Source: Bugula neritina
Taxonomy: Eukaryota > Animalia > Bryozoa
Direction of reading: 5' to 3'
DNA length: 64,000 nucleotides
NCBI GenBank assembly: GCA_964035545.1
Contig: CAXIUT010000230.1
Location: 806,001 to 870,000 of the forward strand
In this document: in pieces, positions 13,410 to 28,239 of the stretch
How the letters are laid out: each line of letters begins with the position of its first letter
Position numbering within the stretch: position 1 is the stretch's first letter
Notes under the pieces: generated by a model
The model's database searches: none
What the model was told of the DNA's origin: nothing
The model's input: only the letters and a program-made list of their open reading frames with translations
Program-made: the position numbers and the translations under genes

Positions 13410-16400
13410 TGCGACGCCTTAAAATATACTGCAACATACTGAAATAGACTGCAAGTGGTGCAACATAGTGAAATACACTGTGACACACTGAAATACACTG
13501 CAACATACTGCAACATACTGAAATATTGTGCGACACAATAAAATATACTGCAACATATTGAAATATACTGTAAAATACTGCAACATACTAAAATACACTG
13601 CAACACATTAAAATATACTGCAACATACTGAAACATACCGCAACATACTGAAATACACTGTGACACACTGAAATACACTACAACATACTGCAACATACTA
13701 AAATACACTGGAACATACTGCAACATACTGCAACATACTGAATTACACTGGAACTTATTGATATACACTGCAACACATTGAAATATACTGCAACATACTG
13801 AAACATACTGCAACATACTGAAATACACTGCAACACACTTAAGTATACTGTAATACACTGAAATGTAATGCAACATACTGAATTATACTGCAAAATAGTG
13901 CAACATACTGAAATACACTGTGACACACTGAAAAACACTGAAACATAATGCAACATACTGCAACATACTGAAATACACTGTAACATATCGGAATACACTG
14001 CAACATACTGCAACATACTGCAACATACTGAAATACACCGTAACATATCGAAATACATCGCAACATACTGCAACATACTGAAATGTACCGGAACATAATG
14101 GAATACCCTGCAACACATTGAAATATACTGCAACAGACTGAAACATAAGGTAACACAATGAAGTATACTGCGACACATTAAAATATACTGCAACATACTG
14201 AAATATACTGCAACATACTGAAATGTAATGTAATATACAGAAATGTACTGTAACATACTGAAATATACTGTAACAGACTGAAATATACTCTAACATACCG
14301 AAATACACTGTAACATACTGAAATATACTGCAACATACTGCAACATACTGAATTACACTTGAACATAATGAAATACACTGCAACACATTGAAATATACTG
14401 CAACTTATCGAAATGAATGGTAAACTAGTGTAATATACTGTAACATAATGAAACATACCGGAACATACTGCTACGTATTAAAGCATAGTGTAACACACTG
14501 AAATATACGGCAACATACCGAAATATACTGCAACACGTTGAAAAATACTGCAACATACTGAAATATACTGCAACATATTGAACTACACTGCTACACTCTG
14601 AAATATACTGCAACACACTGAAACATACGGCAACATACTGAAATAAACTGCGACACGTTGAAAATTACTGCAACATACTGAAATATACTGCGACGCCTTA
14701 AAATATTCTGCAACATACTGAAATAGACTGCGACACCTTGAAAAATACTGCAACATACGAAATATACTGCAAGTGGTGCAACATACTGAAATACAATGTG
14801 ACACACTGAAATACACTGCAACATACTGCAACATACTGCAACATACTGAAATATTGTGCGACACATTGAAATATACTGCAACATATTGAAATATACTGTA
14901 ACATACTGCAACATACTAAAATACACTGCAGCATACTGGAATACATTGCAACACATTAAAATATACTGCGACATACTGAAACATACTGCAACATACTGAA
15001 ATACACTATAACATATTGAAATATACTGCAACATACTGAATTACACTCTAAGATGCTGAAATATGCTGTAGCATACTGAAATACACTGCAACACACCGAA
15101 GTGTACTGAAATACACTGCAACATACTGCAAGATACCGCAACCTACTGAAATACACTGTAACATATTGAAATACACTGCATCATACTGCAACATACTGAA
15201 TTACACTGGAACATATTGATATACACTGCAACACATTGAAATATAATGCAACACACTGAAACATACGGCAATATACCGAAATATACTGCGACACCTTGAA
15301 AAATACTGCAACATACGAAATATACTGCAAGTGGTGCAACATACTGAAGTACAATGTGACACACTGGAATACACTGCAACATACTGCAACATACTGCAAC
15401 ATACTGAAATACACTGTAACATATTGAGATACACTGCATCATACTGCAACATACTGAAAAACACTGGAACATATTGATATACACTGCAACTCATTGAAAT
15501 ATAATGCAACACACTGCAACATACGGCAGCATACCGAAATATACTGCGACACCTTGAAAAATACTGCAACATACTGAAATATACTGCAAGTGGTGCAACA
15601 TACTGAAATACACTGTGACATACTGAAACACACTGCAACATACTGCAAGATATTGCAACGTACGGAAATACAGTGTAACTTATTGAATTACACTGCATCA
15701 TACTGCAACATACTGAGATACACCCGAACATATTGATATACACTGCAACACATTGAAATATACTGCAACACACTGAACCATATGGCAACATACCGAAATT
15801 TACTGCGACACACTAAAAAATACTGCAACATACGAATTATACTTCAAGTGGTGCAACATACTGAAATACATTGTGACACACTGAAATACACTGCAACATA
15901 CTGCAACATACTGCAACATACTGAATTATTGTGCGACACATTGAAATATACTGCAACATATTGAAATATACCGTAACATACTGCAACATACTAAAATAGA
16001 CTGCAACATAATGAAATACATTGCAACACATTAAAATATACTGCGACATACTGAAACATACTGCAACATGCTGAAATATACTGCAACATACTGAAATACA
16101 CTATAACATATTGAAATATACTGCAACATACTGAATTACACTCTAACATACTGAAGTATACTGCAACATACTGAATTACACTCTAACATACTGAAATATG
16201 CTGTAGCATACTGAAATACACTGCAACACGCCGAAGTGTACTGAAATACACTGCAACATACTGCAAGATACCGCAACCTACTGAAATACACTGTAACATA
16301 TTGAAATACACTGCATCATACTGCAACATACTGAATTACACTGGAACATATTGATATACACTGCAACACATTGAAATATAATGCAACACACTGAAACATA

Positions 16401-19400
16401 CGGCGATATACCGAAATATACTGCGACACCTTGAAAAATACTGCAACATACGAAATATACTGCAAGTGGTGCAACATACTGAAGTACAATGTGACACACT
16501 GGAATACACTGCAACATACTGCAACATACTGCAACATACTGAAATACACTGTAACATATTGAAATACACTGCATCATACTGCAACATACTGAAAAACACT
16601 GGAACATATTGATATACACTGCAACTCATTGAAATATACTGCAACACACTGCAACATACGGCAGCATACCGAAATATACTGCGACACCTTGAAAAATACT
16701 GCAACATACTGAAATATACTGCAAGTGGTGCAACATACTGAAATACACTGTGACATACTGAAACACACTGCAACATACTGCAAGATATTGCAACGTACGG
16801 AAATACAGTGTAACTTATTGAATTACACTGCATCATACTGCAACATACTGAGATACACCGGAACATATTGATATACACAGCAACACATTGAAATATACTG
16901 CAACACACTGAACCATATGGCAACATACCGAAATTTACTGCGACACGCTAAAAAATACTGCAACATACGAATTATACTTCAAGTGGTGCAACATACTGAA
17001 ATACATTGTGACACACTGAAATACACTGCAACATACTGCAACATACTGCAACATACTGAATTATTGTGCGACACATTGAAATATACTGCAACATATTGAA
17101 ATATACCGTAACATACTGCAACATACTAAAATAGACTGCAACATAATGAAATACATTGCAACACATTAAAATATACTGCGACATACTGAAACATACTGCA
17201 ACATGCTGAAATATACTGCAACATACTGAAATACACTATAACATATTGAAATATACTGCAACATACTGAATTACACTCTAACATACTGAAATATACTGCA
17301 ACATACTGAATTACACTCTAACATACTGAAATATGCTGTAGCATACTGAAATACACTGCAACACACTGAAGTATACTGTAATACACTGAAATGTGATGCA
17401 ACATACTGAATTATACTGCAACATAGTGCAACATACTCAAATACACTACAACAAACTGCAACATACTGAAATACACTGGAACATATTGAAATACACTGCG
17501 ACACATTGAAACATACTGCAACATACTGAAATACACTGTGACACATTGAAATACACTGCAACATACTGCAACATACTGCAACATACTGCAACATACTGAA
17601 ATATACTGCAACACACTGAAACATACGGCAACATACCGAAATGAACTGCGACACGTTGAAAATTACTGCAACATACTGAAATATACTGTGACGCCTTAAA
17701 ATATACTGCAACATACTGAAATAGACTGCAAGTGGTGCAACATAGTGAAATACACTGTGACACACTGAAATGCACTGCAACATACTGCAACATACTGAAA
17801 TATTGTGCGACACAATAAAATATACTGCAACATATTGAAATATACTGTAACATACTGCAACATACTAAAATACACTGCAACACATTAAAATATACCGCAA
17901 CATACTGAAGCATACTGCAACATACTGAAATACACTGTGACACACTGAAATACACTACAACATACTGCAACATACTAAAATACACTGGAACATACTGCAA
18001 CATACTGCAACATACTGAATCATTGTGCGACACATTGAAATATACTGCAACATATTGAAATATACCGTAACATACTGCAACATACTAAAATAGACTGCAA
18101 CATACTGAAATACATTGCAACACATTAAAATATACTGCGACATACTGAAACATACTGCAACATGCTGAAATATACTGCAACATACTGAAATACACTATAA
18201 CATATTGAAATATACTGCAACATACTGAATTACACTCTAACATACTGAAATATGCTGTAGCATACTGAAATACACTGCAACACACTGAAGTATACTGTAA
18301 TACACTGAAATGTGATGCAACATACTGAATTATACTGCAACATAGTGCAACATACTCAAATACACTACAACAAACTGCAACATACTCAAATACACTGGAA
18401 CATATTGAAATACACTGCGACACATTGAAATATACTGCAACATACTGAAATGTAATGTAATATACAGAAATGTACTGTAACATACTGAAATATACTGTAA
18501 CAGACTGAAATATACTCTAACATACCAAAATACACTGTAACATACTGAAATATACTGCAACATACTGCAACATACTGAATTACACTTGAACATAATGAAA
18601 TACACTGCAACACATTGAAATATACTGCAACATATCGGAATGAATGGTAAACTAGTGTAATATACTGTAACATAATGAAACATACCGGAACATACTGCAA
18701 CGTATTAAAGCATAGTGTAACACACTGAAATATACGGCAACATACCGAAATATACTGCAACACGTTGAAAAATATTGCAACATACTGAAATATACTGCGA
18801 CGCCTTAAAATATACTGCAACATACTGAAATAGACTGCAAGTGGTGCAACATACTGAAAAACACTGTGACACACTGAAATACACTGCAACGTACTGCAAC
18901 ATACTGCAACATACTGAAATATTGTGCGACACATTAAAATATACTGCAACATATTGAAATATACTGTAACATACTGCAACATGCTAAAATACACTGCAGC
19001 ATACTGAAATACATTGCAACACATTAAAATATACTGCGGCATACTGAAACATACTGCAACATGCTGAAATATACTGCAACATACTGAAATACACTATAAC
19101 ATATTGAAATATACTGCAACATACTGAATTACACTCTAACATACTGAAATATGCTGTAGCATACTGAAATGCACTGCAACACACTGAAGTATACTGAAAT
19201 ACACAGCAACATACTGCAAGATACCGCAACCTACTGAAATACACTGTAACATATTGAAATACACTGCATCATACTGCAAAATACTGAATTACACTGGAAC
19301 ATATTGATATACACTGCAACACATTGAAATATAATGCAACACACTGAAACATACGGCAATATACCGAAATATACTGCGACACCTTGAAAAATACTGCAAC

Positions 19401-22400
19401 ATACGAAATATACTGCAAGTGGTGCAACATACTCAAATACAATGTGACACACTGAAATACACTGCAACATACTGCAACATACTGCAACATACTGAAATAC
19501 ACTGTAACATATTGAAATACACTGCATCATACTGCAACATACGGAAAAACACTGGAACATATTGATATACACTGCAACTCATTGAAATATACAGCAACAC
19601 ACTGCAACATACGGCAGCATATCGAAATATACTGCGACACGTTGAAAATTACTGCAACATACTGAAATATACTGCGACGCCTTAAAATATACTGCAACAT
19701 ACTGAAATAGACTGCAAGTGGTGCAACATAGTGAAATACACTGTGACACACTGAAATACACTGCAACATACTGCAACATACTGAAATATTGTGCGACACA
19801 ATAAAATATACTGCAACATATTGAAATATACTGTAAAATACTGCAACATACTAAAATACACTGCAACACATTAAAATATACTGCAACATACTGAAACATA
19901 CCGCAACATACTGAAACACACTGTGACACACTGAAATACACTACAACATACTGCAACATACTAAAATACACTGGAACATACTGCAACATACTGCAACATA
20001 CTGAATTACACTGGAACTTATTGATATACACTGCAACACATTGAAATATACTGCAACATACTGAAACATACTGCAACATACTGAAATACACTGCAACACA
20101 CTGAAGTATACTGTAATACACTGAAATGTAATGCAACATACTGAATTATACTGCAAAATAGTGCAACATACTGAAATACACTGTGACACACTGAAAAACA
20201 CTGAAACATAATGCAACATACTGCAACATACTGAAATACACTGTAACATATCGGAATACACTGCAACATACTGCAACATACTGCAACATACTGAAATACA
20301 CCGTAACATATCGAAATACACTGCAACATACTGCAACATACTGAAATGCACCGGAACATAATGGAATACCCTGCAACACATTGAAATATACTGCAACAGA
20401 CTGAAACATAAGGTAACACAATGAAGTATACTGCGACACATTAAAATATACTGCAACATACTGAAATATACTGCAACATACTGAAATGTAATGTAATATA
20501 CAGAAATGTACTGTAACATACTGAAATATACTGTAACAGACTGAAATATACTCTAACATACCGAAATACACTGTAACATACTGAAATATACTGCAACATA
20601 CTGCAACATACTGAATTACACTTGAACATAATGAAATACACTGCAACACATTGAAATATACTGCAACATATCGAAATGAATGGTAAACTAGTGTAATATA
20701 CTGTAACATAATGAAACATACCGGAACATACTGCTACGTATTAAAGCATAGTGTAACACACTGAAATATACGGCAACATACCGAAATATACTGCAACACG
20801 TTGAAAAATACTGCAACATACTGAAATATACTGCAACATATTGAACTACACTGCTACACTCTGAAATATACTGCAACACACTGAAACATACGGCAACATA
20901 CTGAAATAAACTGCGACACGTTGAAAATTACTGCAACATACTGAAATATACTGCGACGCCTTAAAATATTCTGCAACATACTGAAATAGACTGCGACACC
21001 TTGAAAAATACTGCAACATACGAAATATACTGCAAGTGGTGCAACATACTGAAATACAATGTGACACACTGAAATACACTGCAACATACTGCAACATACT
21101 GCAACATACTGAAATATTGTGCGACACATTGAAATATACTGCAACATATTGAAATATACTGTAACATACTGCAACATACTAAAATACACTGCAGCATACT
21201 GGAATACATTGCAACACATTAAAATATACTGCGACATACTGAAACATACTGCAACATACTGAAATACACTATAACATATTGAAATATACTGCAACATATT
21301 GAATTACACTCTAAGATGCTGAAATATGCTGTAGCATACTGAAATACACTGCAACACACCGAAGTGTACTGAAATACACTGCAACATACTGCAAGATACC
21401 GCAACCTACTGAAATACACTGTAACATATTGAAATACACTGCATCATACTGCAACATACTGAATTACACTGGAACATATTGATATACACTGCAACACATT
21501 GAAATATAATGCAACACACTGAAACATACGGCAATATACCGAAATATACTGCGACACCTTGAAAAATACTGCAACATACGAAATATACTGCAAGTGGTGC
21601 AACATACTGAAGTACAATGTGACACACTGGAATACACTGCAACATACTGCAACATACTGCAACATACTGAAATACACTGTAACATATTGAAATACACTGC
21701 ATCATACTGCAACATACTGAAAAACACTGGAACATATTGATATACAATGCAACTCATTGAAATATAATGCAACACACTGCAACATACGGCAGCATACCGA
21801 AATATACTGCGACACCTTGAAAAATACTGCAACATACTGAAATATACTGCAAGTGGTGCAACATACTGAAATACACTGTGACATACTGAAACACACTGCA
21901 ACATACTGCAAGATATTGCAACGTACGGAAATACAGTGTAACTTATTGAATTACACTGCATCATACTGCAACATACTGAGATACACCCGAACATATTGAT
22001 ATACACTGCAACACATTGAAATATACTGCAACACACTGAACCATATGGCAACATACCGAAATTTACTGCGACACACTAAAAAATACTGCAACATACGAAT
22101 TATACTTCAAGTGGTGCAACATACTGAAATACATTGTGACACACTGAAATACACTGCAACATACTGCAACATGCTGCAACATACTGAATTATTGTGCGAC
22201 ACATTGAAATATACTGCAACATATTGAAATATACCGTAACATACTGCAACATACTAAAATAGACTGCAACATAATGAAATACATTGCAACACATTAAAAT
22301 ATACTGCGACATACTGAAACATACTGCAACATGCTGAAATATACTGCAACATACTGAAGTACACTATAACATATTGAAATATACTGCAACATACTGAATT

Positions 22401-24090
22401 ACACTCTAACATACTGAAGTATACTGCAACATACTGAATTACACTCTAACATACTGAAATATGCTGTAGCATACTGAAATACACTGCAACACACCGAAGT
22501 GTACTGAAATACACTGCAACATACTGCAAGATACCGCAACCTACTGAAATACACTGTAACATATTGAAATACACTGCATCATACTGCAACATACTGAATT
22601 ACACTGGAACATATTGATATACACTGCAACACATTGAAATATAATGCAACACACTGAAACATACGGCAATATACCGAAATATACTGCGACACCTTGAAAA
22701 ATACTGCAACATACGAAATATACTGCAAGTGGTGCAACATACTGAAGTACAATGTGACAGACTGGAATACACTGCAACATACTGCAACATACTGCAACAT
22801 ACTGAAATACACTGTAACATATTGAAATACACTGCATCATACTGCAACATACTGAAAAACACTGGAACATATTGATATACACTGCAACTCATTGAAATAT
22901 ACTGCAACACACTGCAACATACGGCAGCATACCGAAATATACTGCGACACCTTGAAAAATACTGCAACATACTGAAATATACTGCAAGTGGTGCAACATA
23001 CTGAAATACACTGTGACATAATGAAACACACTGCAACATACTGCAAGATATTGCAACGTACGGAAATACAGTGTAACTTATTGAATTACACTGCATCATA
23101 CTGCAACATACTGAGATACACCGGAACATATTGATATACACTGCAACAAATTGAAATATACTGCAACACACTGAACCATATGGCAACATACCGAAATTTA
23201 CTGCGACACGCTAAAAAATACTGCAACATACGAATTATACTTCAAGTGGTGCAACATACTGAAATACATTGTGACACACTGAAATACACTGCAACATACT
23301 GCAACATACTGCAACATACTGAATTATTGTGCGACACATTGAAATATACTGCAACATATTGAAATATACCGTAACATACTGCAACATACTAAAATAGACT
23401 GCAACATAATGAAATACATTGCAACACATTAAAATATACTGCGACATACTGAAACATACTGCAACATGCTGAAATATACTGGAACATACTGAAATACACT
23501 ATAACATATTGAAATATACTGCAACATACTGAATTACACTCTAACATACTGAAATATACTGCAACATACTGAATTACACTCTAACATACTGAAATATGCT
23601 GTAGCATACTGAAATACACTGCAACACACTGAAGTATACTGTAATACACTGAAATGTGATGCAACATACTGAATTATACTGCAACATAGTGCAACATACT
23701 CAAATACACTACAACAAACTGCAACATACTGAAATACACTGGAACATATTGAAATACACTGCGACACATTGAAACATACTGCAACATACTGAAATACACT
23801 GTGACACATTGAAATACACTGCAACATACTGCAACATACTGCAACATACTGAAATACATTGCAACACAATAAAATATACTGCAACATACTGAAACATACT
23901 GCAGCATACTGAAATATACTGCAACACACTGAAACATACGGCAACATACCGAAATGAACTGCGACACGTTGAAAATTACTGCAACATACTGAAATATACT
24001 GTGACGCCTTAAAATATACTGCAACATACTGAAATAGACTGCAAGTGGTGCAACATAGTGAAATACACTGTGACACACTGAAATGCACTG
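13410..24090 (+). repeat. Higher-order repeat, period 6263 bp (= 5178 unit + one extra 1135 unit - 50 bp), about 1.7 copies
   Basis: ORF twins 13678/19941, 14178/20441, 15143/21406, 15782/22045, 16917/23180 and 17271/23534 are all offset 6263. Position 1 matches 13922. Confidence 0.9.
15041..17310 (+). repeat. 1135-bp tandem unit x2 (also at 21304-23573)
   Basis: TTACACTCTAA..TATGCTGTAGC at 15041, 16176 and 17311; ORF twins 15143/16278, 15782/16917, 21406/22541, 22045/23180. Confidence 0.9.
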
Positions 24091-27070
24091 CAACATACTG
24101 CAACATACTGCAACATACTGAAATATTGTGCGACACAATAAAATATACTGCAACATATTGAAATATACTGTAACATACTGCAACATACTAAAATACACTG
24201 CAACACATTAAAATATACTGCAACATATTGAAATATACTGTAACATACTGCAACATACTAAAATACACTGCAACACATTAAAATATACTGCAACATACTG
24301 AAACATACCGCAACATACTGAAATACACTGTGACACACTGAAATACACTACAACATACTGCAACATACTAAAATACACTGGAACATACTGCAACATACTG
24401 CAACATACTGAATCATTGTGCGACACATTGAAATATACTGCAACATATTGAAATATACCGTAACATACTGCAACATACTAAAATAGACTGCAACATACTG
24501 AAATACATTGCAACACATTAAAATATACTGCGACATACTGAAACATACTGCAACATGCTGAAATATACTGCAACATACTGAAATACACTATAACATATTG
24601 AAATATACTGCAACATACTGAATTACACTCGAACATACTGAAATATGCTGTAGCATACTGAAATACACTGCAACACACTGAAGTATACTGTAATACACTA
24701 AAATGTGATGCAACATACTGAATTATACTGCAACATAGTGCAACATACTCAAATACACTACAACAAACTGCAACATACTGAAATACACTGGAACATATTG
24801 AAATACACTGCGACACATTGAAACATACTGCAACATACTGAAATACACTGTGACACATTGAAATACACTGCAACATACTGCAACATACTGCAACATACTG
24901 AAATACATTGCAACACATTAAAATATACTGCAACATACTAAAACATACTGCAACATACTGAAATATACTGCAACACACTGAAACATACGGCAACATACCG
25001 AAATAAACTGCGACACGTTGAAAATTACTGCAACATACTGAAATATACTGCGACGCCTTAAAATATACTGCAACATACTGAAATAGACTGCAAGTGGTGC
25101 AACATAGTGAAATACACTGTGACACACTGAAATACACTGCAACATACTGCAACATACTGAAATATTGTGCGACACAAAAAAATATACTGCAACATATTGA
25201 AATATACTGTAAAATACTGCAACATACTAAAATACACTGCAACACATTAAAATATACTGCAACATACTGAAACATACCGCAACATACTGAAATACACTGT
25301 GACACACTGAAATACACTACAACATACTGCAACATACTAAAATACACTGGAACATACTGCAACATACTGCAACATACTGAATTACACTCTAACATACTGA
25401 AGTATACTGCAACATACTGAATTACACTCTAACATACTGAAATATGCTGTAGCATACTGAAATACACTGCAACACACCGAAGTGTACTGAAATACACTGC
25501 AACATACTGCAAGATACCGCAACCTACTGAAATACACTGTAACATATTGAAATACACTGCATCATACTGCAACATACTGAATTACACTGGAACATATTGA
25601 TATACACTGCAACACATTGAAATATAATGCAACACACTGAAACATACGGCAATATACCGAAATATACTGCGACACCTTGAAAAATACTGCAACATACGAA
25701 ATATACTGCAAGTGGTGCAACATACTGAAGTACAATGTGACACACTGGAATACACTGCAACATACTGCAACATACTGCAACATACTGAAATACACTGTAA
25801 CATATTGAAATACACTGCATCATACTGCAACATACTGAAAAACACTGGAACATATTGATATACACTGCAACTCATTGAAATATACTGCAACACACTGCAA
25901 CATACGGCAGCATACCGAAATATACTGCGACACCTTGAAAAATACTGCAACATACTGAAATATACTGCAAGTGGTGCAACATACTGAAATACACTGTGAC
26001 ATACTGAAACACACTGCAACATACTGCAAGATATTGCAACGTACGGAAATACAGTGTAACTTATTGAATTACACTGCATCATACTGCAACATACTGAGAT
26101 ACACCGGAACATATTGATATACACTGCAACACATTGAAATATACTGCAACACACTGAACCATATGGCAACATACCGAAATTTACTGCGACACGCTAAAAA
26201 ATACTGCAACATACGAATTATACTTCAAGTGGTGCAACATACTGAAATACATTGTGACACACTGAAATACACTGCAACATACTGCAACATACTGCAACAT
26301 ACTGAATTATTGTGCGACACATTGAAATATACTGCAACATATTGAAATATACCGTAACATACTGCAACATACTAAAATAGACTGCAACATAATGAAATAC
26401 ATTGCAACACATTAAAATATACTGCGACATACTGAAACATACTGCAACATGCTGAAATATACTGCAACATACTGAAATACACTATAACATATTGAAATAT
26501 ACTGCAACATACTGAATTACACTCTAACATACTGAAATATACTGCAACATACTGAATTACACTCTAACATACTGAAATATGCTGTAGCATACTGAAATAC
26601 ACTGCAACACACTGAAGTATACTGTAATACACTGAAATGTGATGCAACATACTGAATTATACTGCAACATAGTGCAACATACTCAAATACACTACAACAA
26701 ACTGCAACATACTGAAATACACTGGAACATATTGAAATACACTGCGACACATTGAAACATACTGCAACATACTGAAATACACTGTGACACATTGAAATAC
26801 ACTGCAACATACTGCAACATACTGCTACATACTGAAATACATTGCAACACAATAAAATATACTGCAACATACTGAAACATACTGCAACATACTGAAATAT
26901 ACTGCAACACACTGAAACATACGGCAACATACCGAAATGAACTGCGACACGTTGAAAATTACTGCAACATACTGAAATATACTGTGACGCCTTAAAATAT
27001 ACTGCAACATACTGAAATAGACTGCAAGTGGTGCAACATAGTGAAATACACTGTGACACACTGAAATGCA
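22400..27070 (+). repeat. Segmental repeat, offset 2983 bp (~22400-24090 vs ~25380-27070)
   Basis: ORF twins 22541/25524, 23180/26163 and 23534/26517; both copies carry the GACACGCTAAAAAA variant. Confidence 0.8.
24141..24280 (+). repeat. Perfect 70-bp (7-monomer) tandem duplication
   Basis: 24141-24210 is identical to 24211-24280 by direct reading; homologous blocks elsewhere (e.g. ~12611-12680) have one copy. Confidence 0.85.
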
Positions 27071-28239
27071 CTGCAACATACTGCAACATACTGAAATATT
27101 GTGCGACACAATAAAATATACTGCAACATATTGAAATATACTGTAACATACTGCAACATACTAAAATACACTGCAACACATTAAAATATACCGCAACATA
27201 CTGAAGCATACTGCAACATACTGAAATACACTGTGACACACTGAAATACACTACAACATACTGCAACATACTAAAATACACTGGAACATACTGCAACATA
27301 CTGCAACATACTGAATCATTGTGCGACACATTGAAATATACTGCAACATATTGAAATATACCGTAACATACTGCAACATACTAAAATAGACTGCAACATA
27401 CTGAAATACATTGCAACACATTAAAATATACTGCGACATACTGAAACATACTGCAACATGCTGAAATATACTGCAACATACTGAAATACACTATAACATA
27501 TTGAAATATACTGCAACATACTGAATTACACTCTAACATACTGAAATATGCTGTAGCATACTGAAATACACTGCAACACACTGAAGTATACTGTAATACA
27601 CTGAAATGTGATGCAACATACTGAATTATACTGCAACATAGTGCAACATACTCAAATACACTACAACAAACTGCAACATACTGAAATACACTGGAACATA
27701 TTGAAATACACTGCGACACATTGAAATATACTGCAACAGACTGAAACATAAGGTAACACAATGAAGTATACTGCGACACATTAAAATATACTGCAACATA
27801 CTGAAATATACTGCAACATACTGAATTGTAATGTAATATACAGAAATGTACTGTAACATACTGAAATATACTGTAACAGACTGAAATATACTCTAACATA
27901 CCAAAATACACTGTAACATACTGAAATATACTGCAACATACTGCAACATACTGAATTACACTTGAACATAATGAAATACACTGCAACACATTGAAATATA
28001 CTGCAACATATCGGAATGAATGGTAAACTAGTGTAATATACTGTAACATAATGAAACATACCGGAACATACTGCAACGTATTAAAGCATAGTGTAACACA
28101 CTGAAATATACGGCAACATACCGAAATATACTGCAACACGTTGAAAAATATTGCAACATACTGAAATATACTGCGACGCCTTAAAATATACTGCAACATA
28201 CTGAAATAGACTGCAAGTGGTGCAACATACTGAAATACA

